Source of the DNA: a virus
Taxonomy: Duplodnaviria; Caudoviricetes
Length of the DNA stretch: 64,000 bases
Reading direction: 5' to 3' (one strand)
IMG/VR virus record: IMGVR_UViG_643692013_000008
Location: 1 to 64,000 of that record
Position 1 is the stretch's first letter. The number at the start of each line of letters is the position of its first letter. A model generated the notes under the pieces. That model was not told the origin of the DNA, searched no databases, and saw only the letters and a program-made list of their open reading frames with translations. The translations under genes and the position numbers were made by a program. Positions 54,209 through 63,813 of the stretch are shown here, piece by piece.

Positions 54209-54688
54209 ATGAGACGCGTTCTCTACGCCATCAGCAGCCGACTGCCCTGCCGGATCATCGCCGACGGCAATAAACCGTACCTCGAAAGGTACTACCTGGC
54301 GACGGTGTTCGGCGTGCGCTTCTACCTGCACCGGTTCGTCGCCAGCGACCCGGATCGAGGCCTGCACGACCATCCGTGGCCCTGGGCCTTCTCCGTGATC
54401 CTGGCCGGCTGGTATTGGGAGGTCACACGCGGAAATTGCGCGCGCGTGCGCTGGTTCAACTTCCTGATCGGCGACAGCTTCCACCGCGTCGTGCTGCCGC
54501 TCGACCGCGGCGTAGACAACGTCTGGACGCTGTTCGCTCACCGCGCCAAGCGCTCGAAGCCCTGGGGCTTCCTCCGTGACAAAGGGCAGATCGGCACGAT
54601 CTACGTCGAGCACCGACGGTCGCCCGAAGACGCGTGGTGGAAGTCGGCACCGCGCGGGCGCCACGAGCCGCGCCGCATGCCCCGCTGA
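54209..54688 (+). CDS. Cupin-fold protein
   Basis: LHRF..SD.DR.LHDHPW...S.IL.G.Y.E...FHRV; AGGAG RBS. Confidence 0.75.
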   Translation: MRRVLYAISSRLPCRIIADGNKPYLERYYLATVFGVRFYLHRFVASDPDRGLHDHPWPWAFSVILAGWYWEVTRGNCARVRWFNFLIGDSFHRVVLPLDRGVDNVWTLFAHRAKRSKPWGFLRDKGQIGTIYVEHRRSPEDAWWKSAPRGRHEPRRMPR

Positions 54689-54789
54689 ACTACTGAACAG
54701 AGCCTCCCGCGTAGGTTTCCTCGACCGCGCGGTTACGTGAGGCGGCCAGCAACGGCGCCTCATCTTTTTCGGATACCTGAGACACCATC

Positions 54790-56388
54790 ATGACCGATCC
54801 CAACACCACCACGCCCGCGACTCTCCGAGCCGATGCGCTCGATCTGCTTCGCGAGATCGCCGCGCGCAAGCGATACGACCCGAACGTCCCGGCGCCTTGG
54901 GGCAACAACTCCGGTTGGAATACGATCATCTTGAAGAGCGAACTGCTCGCCCGTGTCGATGCGCTGCTCGACGCGACTGCTGCCGCCCCAGCCGTCGAGC
55001 CGATCCGGCTCGTCCACGTCGCCTTGGCCGAGGATGGTGGGAATCTTCGCTGGATGACGGGACGCAAGCCGCGGGACTGCGAGCTGTACATGATGCCTGA
55101 CGGCGGCCGGGCGCCGGCTGTCGTGTACGCCACTCGCTCCGCCCCGGTCGCCGAGGCCGAGCCGATCGATAAGCTTGAGCCGGCATTGATCCTCACCGGA
55201 GCGCAGTTGCTCGAAGCGCTGGATCTCGTCGCGCCGGATCGCACGGCTGACCAGTTCGAAAGCGAGGTGTCGTTCCAATACGGGAATGGCCATTCCGGCA
55301 AGGGCATGTACTGCTGGATCACCGACTATCCCGACGAAGGCGCGTCGCTGCTCGACGGCTCGACCGTCGCCGCTCAGGCTGTCGCCGCTGATGGGGATGC
55401 GTTGAAAGAAGCCGTGACGCGCACGATCGATACGATCAGACGGCAGCTTGAATTGATTTTTGAACGCGCCCCGGGAAACTTCCTCGACAAGGTGCCAGTC
55501 GTGCAGTCGTTGACCGCACACAAACATCGCTTGGAGAAGGCCCTCGCGATCACCGTGCCGCGCGCAGCAGTATCGCCGGCCACGGCTGAGACCTCCACGG
55601 GGATGCCCGACGAGGTGCGCGAGTCGCTGATGGACAGCCAATACCTCGCGGGCGTCAAAGCGGGCTGGAATGCTGCGAACGCAGCCGATCCGAATGCGGC
55701 GCTGGAGAAGATTCACGCCAGCCGCGCCGGCTACTTGCGGCCCCTGCGTGATTGGCAGAAAGCCGGACGCCCCGGCGTTCCCGCGACGCCGGCCACGGCC
55801 GACGAGCGGGCGGCGCTGCTCCAATGGGCCACGGAGCGATGGGATGCGGAAGTGAAGCACCGGCCGCTCATCAACGTCCATCGCCGCTCCCTTGACGATA
55901 CGTGGCGTCAGGTCATCCGGCATTGCGGCGGCGATGACGTGTCGCTGCTCGGGCCGCGACACGATGCCCTGCTCGCGGCAAATCCGATCAATACGACCGA
56001 GCGCGATCCCGCGTTCATCGATAACGACCTCGATTTCGAGCCGGATGCGCAGCACGCCGTCGCGGACATGGCGAACATCGGCTACGCGCTGATGCAGACG
56101 ATCGAGCGCATGGTGCCGGGCTACTGCTGGAACGAATCGCCGACCGAAATCGTGAGCGACCTCCTCAACGAACGCGACGAGGCCCGCGCATCGCAGGCCC
56201 CCGCACCGGCCGATACGCGCGACGTAGCGGCGTTCATCCGTGAAGTAGCTACGCAGAAGCCGGAGAAGCCAGATCACTGGAGCCCGTGTGGTCAGTGCCA
56301 GCGCAATGCAGAGCGCGCTCAGGATTTGCTCGATGCCGCCTGCGCACAGAGTATCGACCTGCCGGACAGCGAAGGGGGTGAAGCGTGA
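54790..56388 (+). CDS. Mosaic multi-module hypothetical protein
   Basis: 532 aa; short domains joined by Ala/Pro linkers. Confidence 0.75.
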   Translation: MTDPNTTTPATLRADALDLLREIAARKRYDPNVPAPWGNNSGWNTIILKSELLARVDALLDATAAAPAVEPIRLVHVALAEDGGNLRWMTGRKPRDCELYMMPDGGRAPAVVYATRSAPVAEAEPIDKLEPALILTGAQLLEALDLVAPDRTADQFESEVSFQYGNGHSGKGMYCWITDYPDEGASLLDGSTVAAQAVAADGDALKEAVTRTIDTIRRQLELIFERAPGNFLDKVPVVQSLTAHKHRLEKALAITVPRAAVSPATAETSTGMPDEVRESLMDSQYLAGVKAGWNAANAADPNAALEKIHASRAGYLRPLRDWQKAGRPGVPATPATADERAALLQWATERWDAEVKHRPLINVHRRSLDDTWRQVIRHCGGDDVSLLGPRHDALLAANPINTTERDPAFIDNDLDFEPDAQHAVADMANIGYALMQTIERMVPGYCWNESPTEIVSDLLNERDEARASQAPAPADTRDVAAFIREVATQKPEKPDHWSPCGQCQRNAERAQDLLDAACAQSIDLPDSEGGEA

Positions 56389-56654
56389 TCCCTCCGATGA
56401 CCGATCCGCTGGGGCGGCACTGGCGGCATCCGTCGCCCCAAGAAATCCTCGTTGACGACGAGCACGCCGTTATGTCGCGCTTGACCTACGACGAGCTGCT
56501 CGAGTACTCCACCACCATCCCCGCCGGGGTCTATCCGGGAAAGATGTGGAAGGCCGTCTACGGCGACCGCGCCTTTCTCCGCTGGTTCGGCATCGTCGAC
56601 GGCCGGACCGACGTGTGCTCGAACAACCAGCGCTTGATCCTGCTCTGCGACTAG
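56385..56654 (+). CDS. Conserved phage hypothetical protein
   Basis: IPPMTDPLG.HW..P, LLEYS.T.P.GVYPGKMWK. Confidence 0.75.
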   Translation: MIPPMTDPLGRHWRHPSPQEILVDDEHAVMSRLTYDELLEYSTTIPAGVYPGKMWKAVYGDRAFLRWFGIVDGRTDVCSNNQRLILLCD

Positions 56655-56663
56655 GAGGACCTC

Positions 56664-57056
56664 ATGAACGACCAACTCATCGAGGCGCGCAAGTTGATCG
56701 CACACGCCAGCGAGTACGCGATCTCGGCTTTGGGAAACGACTGGCACGAGCGCGCGACCGCCCTGCTCGCCCGGCCTGCGCCCGCTATCTCGGAAAGTCC
56801 CGAGGCGCACGACGAGGCAACACCAGCCTGGATGACGTGCGAATCGCGGCGCCCGTTCGTAGTCAACAGCCTGCGCTCACGTGCTGAAGACCTGCGCGCC
56901 GCCGAGAAACGCTGCCGGAACGCTTATCGCAAGGACTTCATGGGCTCCCCGGCGTGCTATCTCGCAGATGCCTACGGCGAAGCGGCCACGGCGCTGGAGG
57001 CGCGGCTCGCCGCGATCGACTCTGTCCTCGGAGGAGGTAGCCGTGCGGACCGCTGA
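56664..57056 (+). CDS. Hypothetical protein
   Basis: 130 aa, AGGAGG RBS. Confidence 0.7.
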   Translation: MNDQLIEARKLIAHASEYAISALGNDWHERATALLARPAPAISESPEAHDEATPAWMTCESRRPFVVNSLRSRAEDLRAAEKRCRNAYRKDFMGSPACYLADAYGEAATALEARLAAIDSVLGGGSRADR

Positions 57057-57153
57057 AGTAAATGCCGCGCTACGCGCTTCCGCTCACCCGAATGGGTGCT
57101 CCCATTCGAAGTGGCCGACGCCACCGGCGCGCGACCCGGATGCTGGTCCGACG

Positions 57154-57381
57154 TTAAAAAAGGCCTTCGTCCTGCTTCTTCTGCTCTGGCACCAAGTTGA
57201 TCGTAATCGCTGCGTCAGTCGCGTACTTCCCGACAAGCGTTTCAACTGCCGAGGTCGGCTGAATAGCCAACTGCGTTATCGCCGCCTGGTATTTGTGCCC
57301 TGTCAAATCGCTTATCGCCTTCGCCAGCGCTTGTTCAAGGTCTTCAATCGAAACCGACTTCAATGGATTCACATTGGACAT
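57154..57381 (-). CDS. AT-rich antisense moron, 75 aa
   Basis: GGAGGAG RBS; low GC. Confidence 0.7.
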   Translation of the reverse strand: MSNVNPLKSVSIEDLEQALAKAISDLTGHKYQAAITQLAIQPTSAVETLVGKYATDAAITINLVPEQKKQDEGLF

Positions 57382-57416
57382 GAACTGCTCCTCCAGAAAT
57401 TTCGGGACATCCTAAC

Positions 57417-58361
57417 ATGAGCGAGAACAGCAAAATCGAGTGGTGCGACCACACATTCAACCCGTGGATCGGTTGCACGAAGATTTCACCCGGCTGCGAT
57501 AACTGCTACGCCGAGGCGATGATGGACAAGAGAATGCACAAGGTGAAGTGGGGAGCGTCAGCACTGCGCGCCCGCACGACCCCCGAGAACTGGCGGCTGC
57601 CGGTGCGGTGGAACGCGCGACACGACGAGTTCATGGCCGCTCACGGGCGCCGGCAGCGCGTCTTCTGCTCATCGCTTGCCGATGTATTCGATAACCGCGT
57701 GCCGTCCTCCTGGCGTCGCGACCTTTTCGCGCTGATCAAGGCCACCCCGAATCTCGACTGGCTCCTTCTGACGAAGAGAACCGGCAACGCGCGCGAAATG
57801 CTCATCGGCAGCCCGCTATCGCCCATCCCGGACAACGTCTGGCTCGGCGCGACGATCGTCAACCAGGAGGAAGCTGACCGCGATATCCCGAAGCTCCTCG
57901 CGGTGCCAGCGCGCGTGCGCTTCCTGTCGATCGAGCCGATGCTCGGGCCGATCGATCTCAACCAGGCGCTCCCGCCGTTTCATTGTGACACCTGCGACGC
58001 CGACTATGGCGCGCTGTCGGCCCACGCATCTGGAACGCCGATTGGCATCGACTGGGTGATCGCTGGCGGCGAAAGCGGCCACCGCGCGCGGCCCGCCCAT
58101 CCCGACTGGTTCCGGTCGCTGCGCGACCAATGCGCCGAGGCGCACGTGGCGTTCTTCTTCAAGCAGTGGGGGCAATGGGCGCCAGGTTCGAACTGGCCTG
58201 AGGACGTCCCGATCCCAAGCGGCGAGCGAGCTTACCTTGACGGGCAGGAGACGGACGACAACGAATCGGTTTGGAGCGTCGGCAAGCGCGCTGCCGGCCG
58301 GCTGCTCGACGGCCGCACGCATGACGAATTCCCCGTGATCGAGGATACGAAATGCGCTTAG
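57417..58361 (+). CDS. DUF5131 (Gp37/Gp68) radical-SAM-like protein
   Basis: SKIEWCD.TFNPW.GC..IS.GC.NCYA, LLTKR, FLS.EP, GGESG and FFFKQWG motifs. Confidence 0.92.
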   Translation: MSENSKIEWCDHTFNPWIGCTKISPGCDNCYAEAMMDKRMHKVKWGASALRARTTPENWRLPVRWNARHDEFMAAHGRRQRVFCSSLADVFDNRVPSSWRRDLFALIKATPNLDWLLLTKRTGNAREMLIGSPLSPIPDNVWLGATIVNQEEADRDIPKLLAVPARVRFLSIEPMLGPIDLNQALPPFHCDTCDADYGALSAHASGTPIGIDWVIAGGESGHRARPAHPDWFRSLRDQCAEAHVAFFFKQWGQWAPGSNWPEDVPIPSGERAYLDGQETDDNESVWSVGKRAAGRLLDGRTHDEFPVIEDTKCA

Positions 58362-58933
58362 CTATTTGCGACCACCGCCGCCTCGATTTCCAGAGTTTCG
58401 CTGGCCCCAACCAATTCCCTGGCCAGCTCTTTCAGCTTATCGCCCCAGCCAACGTGAAATTCCGCACTGGGCATCGGGACAATTCCCGCGCATCCCGCGA
58501 TGGCTGTCTGGACCCTCAGCAACGCGCCCACGGTATTAGGGGTAGGCGCCTGTTCTGGCCTAATCAGGCTCACGATATTCATCGCGGCTCGCACGGCATT
58601 TACTTGGTCGGGATGCGGCCACTTCAAGCCATTGGTGGCAGGAAGCCGCTGAATCTGTTCATCCAACGTGAGCACGACGTCTCTGCACTGCGACACGAGG
58701 ACCGCCACGCATTGGACTCGCTCATGCAGTTCATCACGACGCAGCTTCCTGTCGCGATCCGCCTGTTGGGACGCGATCTTAGTCGCCGCGACGATGGCGC
58801 CGATCGAGCCCACCGCCTGAACCCATGCCGCCCAGTCCGAACTTTGCGCAGGTGGCCAGCGCAACACTGCCGTGACGAGTATCCCTGCTGCAAACGCCCC
58901 TATGAACATTGCCAGACCGGAGTAGCGACCCAT
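58358..58933 (-). CDS. Antisense moron, membrane protein
   Basis: TM + WAAWVQAVGSI.AI motif + helical tail; GGGAG RBS. Confidence 0.72.
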   Translation of the reverse strand: MGRYSGLAMFIGAFAAGILVTAVLRWPPAQSSDWAAWVQAVGSIGAIVAATKIASQQADRDRKLRRDELHERVQCVAVLVSQCRDVVLTLDEQIQRLPATNGLKWPHPDQVNAVRAAMNIVSLIRPEQAPTPNTVGALLRVQTAIAGCAGIVPMPSAEFHVGWGDKLKELARELVGASETLEIEAAVVANS

Positions 58934-59570
58934 GCGTGAACTCCCGATATTGTTTTCTGCGCCGATGGTACGGGCGATATCGCAGGGTCGCAAGTCGCAG
59001 ACGCGCCGCCCGATGACCCCGCAACCGTATGACGACTACCGCCGGCTCGCCTGGATGTTCGCGAAGAACCGCGGAAGCTGGGGACCGCCCGGTGGTGCTC
59101 CCGATCCGGCATGGCTGGCTCGCTGCCCCTACGGCGGACCGGACGACCAGCTCTGGGTCCGCGAGACGTTCGTGGCATTCGGCCGCTGGGAGACGCGCTT
59201 CAGCGTGAAGAAAGGCCGGGACCAATGGCACTTCGTCGACATGACGCTCGACACCGGCCGGCAGTACCGCTACGGCGGCGACTTGCCGAACGCGCAGCGT
59301 GCGGGCGCGACGCCGACCTGGTGGCGCCGGCCGGCGATCTTCATGCCACGCGCCGCCTCGCGCACGCAGCTCGAGGTGGTCCGCACCAGGATCGAACGCG
59401 TGCAGCAGATCAGCGAGGCCGATGCGATCGCGGAAGGAATGAGCACCGGCGACATCAATCCGGTGGGCTCATACGCCGAACTCTGGGATGGCCTCAACGC
59501 GGAGCGCGGCCTAGGTTGGAAGGCGAACCCGTGGGTGTGGGTGGTGGAATTTCGGAGGATGGAAGGATGA
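58932..59570 (+). CDS. ASCH/PUA-like phage protein
   Basis: PILFS.PMV.AI..GRK.QTRR, LWVRE, I.MPR.ASR and NPWVWV.EF motifs. Confidence 0.85.
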   Translation: MRELPILFSAPMVRAISQGRKSQTRRPMTPQPYDDYRRLAWMFAKNRGSWGPPGGAPDPAWLARCPYGGPDDQLWVRETFVAFGRWETRFSVKKGRDQWHFVDMTLDTGRQYRYGGDLPNAQRAGATPTWWRRPAIFMPRAASRTQLEVVRTRIERVQQISEADAIAEGMSTGDINPVGSYAELWDGLNAERGLGWKANPWVWVVEFRRMEG

Positions 59571-59815
59571 GCACGGGACTGATGACGCCTGAGGACCTGG
59601 TGAAGGTCACCCACAAGAAACGATACAGCGCGCAAGCGAAGTGGTTCAAGGCGCAGTACGGCGTCGACGTGCCGCAGCGGACCGACGGCAGCATCGTGCT
59701 GACGTGGGAGACCCTCGACGCTCTCGCCGAGGCCAAGCTCGGGATTCGGGCTGTCGACCGGCGGATCGATGCGTCGCCCGATCGCCCACCGATCCACGTG
59801 CTGCGAAAAGCATGA
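59567..59815 (+). CDS. Excisionase-like (DUF4224)
   Basis: L...DL...T..KR..AQ..W; ATGA-coupled to int. Confidence 0.75.
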   Translation: MSTGLMTPEDLVKVTHKKRYSAQAKWFKAQYGVDVPQRTDGSIVLTWETLDALAEAKLGIRAVDRRIDASPDRPPIHVLRKA

Positions 59816-60948
59816 CGCCCCGCCGCCGAAAGAGCCCAGATGGGCTCCCGAGCCGCGTCTACATTCGCGACGGGTCGTTCTATTGGGTCCGGCCGGACAG
59901 CAACAAGTGGATCCGGCTATGCCGCGTCAGCGAGGGCGACGCGCTGATGCTCGAGCGCCTGGCCGCTGAGAAGCGCCAGTTCACGGCGGCCGCCGGTGGC
60001 GGCAACCTGCCCAGGCTGGTCGGCGAATTCATGGACACGCACAAGATGCGCTACGCCCCATCCTTCCGCGACGAGTGGGTGCGTCGCGGCGAGGCGGTAA
60101 TCGAATCGCTCTGCGAGTGGAACGTCGAGCGCGTCGACGCTGGAGCCGTCGAGGACTTCCTCATGAAGAACTGGGCGGACCGGCTGCCAATGCAGCGGGC
60201 GATGAAAGCGTGGCTGTCGACGTTCTTCAACTGGATCATCCGCCGGAAGAAACTGATGCAGGTGAACCCCTGCCGCGAGGTCATCGTCAAGAAGCCGAAG
60301 GCCCGCGACGTCTACATCCCGGACCGGGATTTCGTCGCCATTCGCGATGCGCTGATGACCTACACCTACACGAAGAACGCCGGCACGCCGAAGGAGAAGA
60401 CCTTGGTCGGTAAGGTACAGACGGGGCCGATGATGCAGTGCTTCATCGACCTCTGCTACCTGACCTGCCAGCGCTCGACGGACATCCGGCTGCTGCGGTG
60501 GGACCAGATCGACAGGGATGCCGGCGTTATCCACTTCGTGCCGACGAAGACGGAGGATTCGAGCGGCGAGGCCGTGGACTGGCCCCTGACGCCCGATATC
60601 GAGGCGGTGCTGGCGCGCGCGAAGCTGCTGGACCCGGCTTTCGGGCAGACCTACGTTATCCGGGACAGGAAAGGCAAACCGAAGACGGATCAGTCGTGCC
60701 GCGACGCGTGGGACGGGGCGATCGATCGCGTCGCCAAGCTCGACCCGAGCATCGCGGGTAAACCCTACACGATCAAGGATATTCGCGCGAAGGCGCTGAC
60801 GGACGCGAAGCGCGCCGGGTATGCAATCGAGGATCTGAGGGTGGCCGGGGCGCACACGGATACTGCGACGACCGAGACCTACCTGAAGGCGCGGGAGGTA
60901 CCCCGCTCCAAGGTCGTCCTGCACCTTCCGATGCCGAAATCGGCATAA
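59812..60948 (+). CDS. int: Tyrosine integrase of prophage 1
   Basis: CQR..D, KT, KDIRAKA (HxxR variant), AH and TETY catalytic motifs; adjacent to att. Confidence 0.93.
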   Translation: MTPRRRKSPDGLPSRVYIRDGSFYWVRPDSNKWIRLCRVSEGDALMLERLAAEKRQFTAAAGGGNLPRLVGEFMDTHKMRYAPSFRDEWVRRGEAVIESLCEWNVERVDAGAVEDFLMKNWADRLPMQRAMKAWLSTFFNWIIRRKKLMQVNPCREVIVKKPKARDVYIPDRDFVAIRDALMTYTYTKNAGTPKEKTLVGKVQTGPMMQCFIDLCYLTCQRSTDIRLLRWDQIDRDAGVIHFVPTKTEDSSGEAVDWPLTPDIEAVLARAKLLDPAFGQTYVIRDRKGKPKTDQSCRDAWDGAIDRVAKLDPSIAGKPYTIKDIRAKALTDAKRAGYAIEDLRVAGAHTDTATTETYLKAREVPRSKVVLHLPMPKSA

Positions 60949-60960
60949 CCTGGGCGGCGA

Positions 60961-60991
60961 TATTGGAGAACCTCCAATATGGTCTCCAATA
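60961..60991. promoter_or_regulatory. Putative integrase arm-type sites of prophage 1
   Basis: TATTGGAG/CTCCAATA three times here and once at 209-216 near the left att. Confidence 0.6.
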
Positions 60992-61013
60992 TGCACAAAA
61001 AATAGGCACAAAC

Positions 61014-61049
61014 GAAAAACCCGCGTCAGCCTTAACTGACGCGGGTTTG
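61014..61049 (-). terminator. Phage-supplied terminator after tRNA 3' end (probably bidirectional, also ends int)
   Basis: AAAAACCCGCGTCAG...CTGACGCGGGTTT hairpin. Confidence 0.8.
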
Positions 61050-61052
61050 ATA

Positions 61053-61100
<48 letters not shown>

Positions 61101-61141
61101 TGAATTGCATCACCAGCACAATCAGATACTTAGGCCATTTT

Positions 61142-61213
61142 GTCTAACTTGATGCCTAATTCTTAATCAGCTTCTGGTGCGGCTTTGCGATGGGATTTCA
61201 CCCCAAGTTAGAC
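61142..61213. promoter_or_regulatory. Putative integrase arm-type sites of prophage 2
   Basis: GTCTAACT (61142) and inverted AGTTAGAC (61206), plus degenerate GCCTAATT, between att and int2. Confidence 0.45.
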
Positions 61214-61221
61214 GACAAAAA

Positions 61222-62328
61222 TCAACTGGTGCGACGCATCGGAACGGGTGTCACACGCTCCACTTCGCGAGCTTTGGTGTAGTGCGCGGTCATTTCCGCC
61301 GTGGTGTGTCCTGCGAGTGCCTGCGCCGCTCTCGCACCCTCGAGCCGCTGCTTGTCGGTAAGGGCTTTCGCTCTCAGGTCATGGAAATGCATACCGACGA
61401 GAAACCGAGGATCCGGCTCCGTGCCCTTCGCAGCGCACTCGCCCTCATAGGACTTGCGCGCGCGCTTAATCGCCCGTTTCCATGCTGTCTGTGCGCCGCT
61501 GTAGGTATAGCGCGCGCCGTCCTGCGTGCAGATGATCGGTCCGATTGCTTTCACCTTGCCGGCCTTCGCCGCGTCGAGCGTGGCGCGCAAGTCCGGCGTC
61601 AATTGAATCAGGAGGCGCACGCCACTGCTGTTTACCGTTTTCGAGGGATGGAAGAAGAGTCCGTCGTTGCTGACATCTTGCCAGTTCAGCGCAAGCAGAT
61701 CGCCGATGCGTTGTGCGGTCTGATAGGCCAGGTCGATAAGGCAGACGATCGTCGTTCCGGATGCGGTCGGGCGTCCGTCCAACCCAACGAGCGCGGCAGC
61801 GCGGACAGCCTCCAGCTCCATGTCCGTGATGTAGCGGTCGCGCGCCTTCTCCTCGGCGCCGGCGACCTCGCGCGCCGGATTGCGATCGCGCAGCCCCTTG
61901 CGCACGGCGTGCGCGAAGATCAGCGACAGGAGCGCCTTGTATTTGTTGCTGGTGTTCGGTTTCGTCGAGAAGTGCTTGTCGAGGAACCGGGCGATGTCGG
62001 CCGGGCGCACGTCCTCGACTGTCCACTGCGGCCCGAACTCCGATTTGACGAATGTCGCCATGCGCCGGTATTCCTCGCGCGTCTTCAGCGCATACTTCGG
62101 GAGCTTTACCAGCAGCCAGTCGTCGATGAGCGCAGGCATCGTGTCGGCAATACCTCGTTCATCCGCCTCGCGGTTGAACTTTGCGAGTTGCTCATAGAGG
62201 CGCGTGAGCCCATCGGTCGTACTGCAAAGGCGGTGCCACTTCCGGCGCATATCGACGAAGTACCACGAACCGTGCTTCTCGTAGACGCGCGCGGGCAGCG
62301 GTGACGCCTTCTTCCGTCGCCCGATCAT
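61222..62328 (-). CDS. int: Tyrosine integrase of prophage 2
   Basis: AQRIGD, HDLRAKA, AGH and HY catalytic motifs. Confidence 0.94.
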   Translation of the reverse strand: MIGRRKKASPLPARVYEKHGSWYFVDMRRKWHRLCSTTDGLTRLYEQLAKFNREADERGIADTMPALIDDWLLVKLPKYALKTREEYRRMATFVKSEFGPQWTVEDVRPADIARFLDKHFSTKPNTSNKYKALLSLIFAHAVRKGLRDRNPAREVAGAEEKARDRYITDMELEAVRAAALVGLDGRPTASGTTIVCLIDLAYQTAQRIGDLLALNWQDVSNDGLFFHPSKTVNSSGVRLLIQLTPDLRATLDAAKAGKVKAIGPIICTQDGARYTYSGAQTAWKRAIKRARKSYEGECAAKGTEPDPRFLVGMHFHDLRAKALTDKQRLEGARAAQALAGHTTAEMTAHYTKAREVERVTPVPMRRTS

Positions 62329-62556
62329 CTACGCCGCCTTCATGTCGGAAGTGAGTTGCGGACGGCGCCGGCTTCGCTCCTGATTCTTCGGGATGCTGAT
62401 GCCTGCGATATGGTGTCGCCACACGCGCACGCTGCCGTCGGGCCGGCGATCTGCCGGGATGCCAGCGCGCATCAGGGCCTGCAATTGCCGGCACGGCTGG
62501 CGGTAGCCTGTTGCCTCGACGATCTCCTGCTCGCTGAGTGTGAGAGATTCGCTCAC
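62329..62556 (-). CDS. Excisionase-like (DUF4224)
   Basis: LS..EI.E.TGY.QP..Q...L...GIP...R.DG. Confidence 0.8.
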   Translation of the reverse strand: MSESLTLSEQEIVEATGYRQPCRQLQALMRAGIPADRRPDGSVRVWRHHIAGISIPKNQERSRRRPQLTSDMKAA

Positions 62557-62744
62557 TTCCCGTCCTCCGTATTAGTGCGCGCCCGGCGTTCATAGCTCGC
62601 CCAATACGCTATTGCTTCGTCTATCGCTGGCTCGGTGTGGCCGAGTTGCGCCGCGCGTTCCCTGCATGCCTTGAGGGTCCTGATATTTTCGTTTCGGGAC
62701 ACGTTCACCAAAGCCTTCAGCGCGTTAAATACTTCTTCGTTCAC
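62553..62744 (-). CDS. Hypothetical protein
   Basis: 63 aa, GTGA-coupled. Confidence 0.6.
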   Translation of the reverse strand: MNEEVFNALKALVNVSRNENIRTLKACRERAAQLGHTEPAIDEAIAYWASYERRARTNTEDGK

Positions 62745-63109
62745 GCTTCCCCTCCGGTATCAGTAGTGCGTGCGATCTCGGCAGCAGCGCGGGTGATGGC
62801 GCGGCGCAGTGCTTCGGCCGAGTCGCCGGGCTTTTCAACGATGAACACGCGCTCGTCAGGCTCACGATGAGCGGTGACGCTGACGTAGCCCGCGTTGATG
62901 CTGATATCGATGTCCATGCGCAGCTTCACCGCCAGCCGCAGCGCGTCGCCGTCGTCGGTGAGAGGGTTCCATCCTTCCGCAATGCCGGGCGTCTTTGAGT
63001 GCTTCGGTGAAAGAAGCATGTCACGCCAAAGCGGGTCATCCAATCGTGATCGGAGTATCTCGATCTCCGCCGCCTTCGCCGCCAGTTCCAACAGTTCTTT
63101 GTCGGTCAC
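62741..63109 (-). CDS. Conserved phage hypothetical protein
   Basis: MTD.ELLELAAKAA...WNPL.DDGDALRLAV.L...RRAI.RAAAEI. Confidence 0.75.
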   Translation of the reverse strand: MTDKELLELAAKAAEIEILRSRLDDPLWRDMLLSPKHSKTPGIAEGWNPLTDDGDALRLAVKLRMDIDISINAGYVSVTAHREPDERVFIVEKPGDSAEALRRAITRAAAEIARTTDTGGEA

Positions 63110-63813
63110 GATCTCTCTCCCTCGACGCGCTTGAACTCGACGACCCATACCCAGGGGTTGGCTTCCCAGAGCCCCGGACCCTTGAGGTTCCAGTTCTCGC
63201 CGCCGTGAAGTCGGTTGATAAAGTTGGCGAACGCATAGCGCGCGGAGCCCATACAACGGGTATGGCTGGTGGCGTCGCCCATGTGCCAGCCTTTGCGTTG
63301 AGTGCCGCGGACGACGGGATGGAAGGTCCGGCCGCCATCGACGCTGATGGAGCCTTTCGGCGGCTCGATACCGAAGTCGGTGAAAACTGCACCTTCGGCG
63401 ATCGCATCTCCCTCGCTGATGTCATGCAACCGCTCGACGCGCACGCCGGTGATTTCGAGCGTGATGCGCGAAAGGGTGCGTGGCATGTGGATCGAGGGCG
63501 TCCACCCCGCACCCCTGGCATCGCCACTCGGATCAGAATCGGCGCGATAGATCGTATGAGCTCGACGGCAAGGGATGCTGACTGATGCTGCCCAGCAATA
63601 ATCGGCCGGCTCATGAATGAACGCTTCGCGCACCCACAGGCGGTCGCCGGGCTCGCCATGCGGACATCCCTGCTGGTTCGGGAAGCGGCGCAGAATCGCG
63701 TCGAGGTTATCTTTCCCGGCGAATTCTTTCGCGACGCGCCGCGTCTGAGTCTTGCGCCCGTCGAGAATGGCGCGCACCATCGGTGCGCTGAAAATGATCG
63801 GCCGCTCTTTCAC
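63106..63813 (-). CDS. ASCH/PUA-like phage protein, paralog of 58932-59570
   Basis: MKERPIIFSAPMVRAILDGRKTQTRR...NPWVWVVEF. Confidence 0.85.
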   Translation of the reverse strand: MKERPIIFSAPMVRAILDGRKTQTRRVAKEFAGKDNLDAILRRFPNQQGCPHGEPGDRLWVREAFIHEPADYCWAASVSIPCRRAHTIYRADSDPSGDARGAGWTPSIHMPRTLSRITLEITGVRVERLHDISEGDAIAEGAVFTDFGIEPPKGSISVDGGRTFHPVVRGTQRKGWHMGDATSHTRCMGSARYAFANFINRLHGGENWNLKGPGLWEANPWVWVVEFKRVEGERS

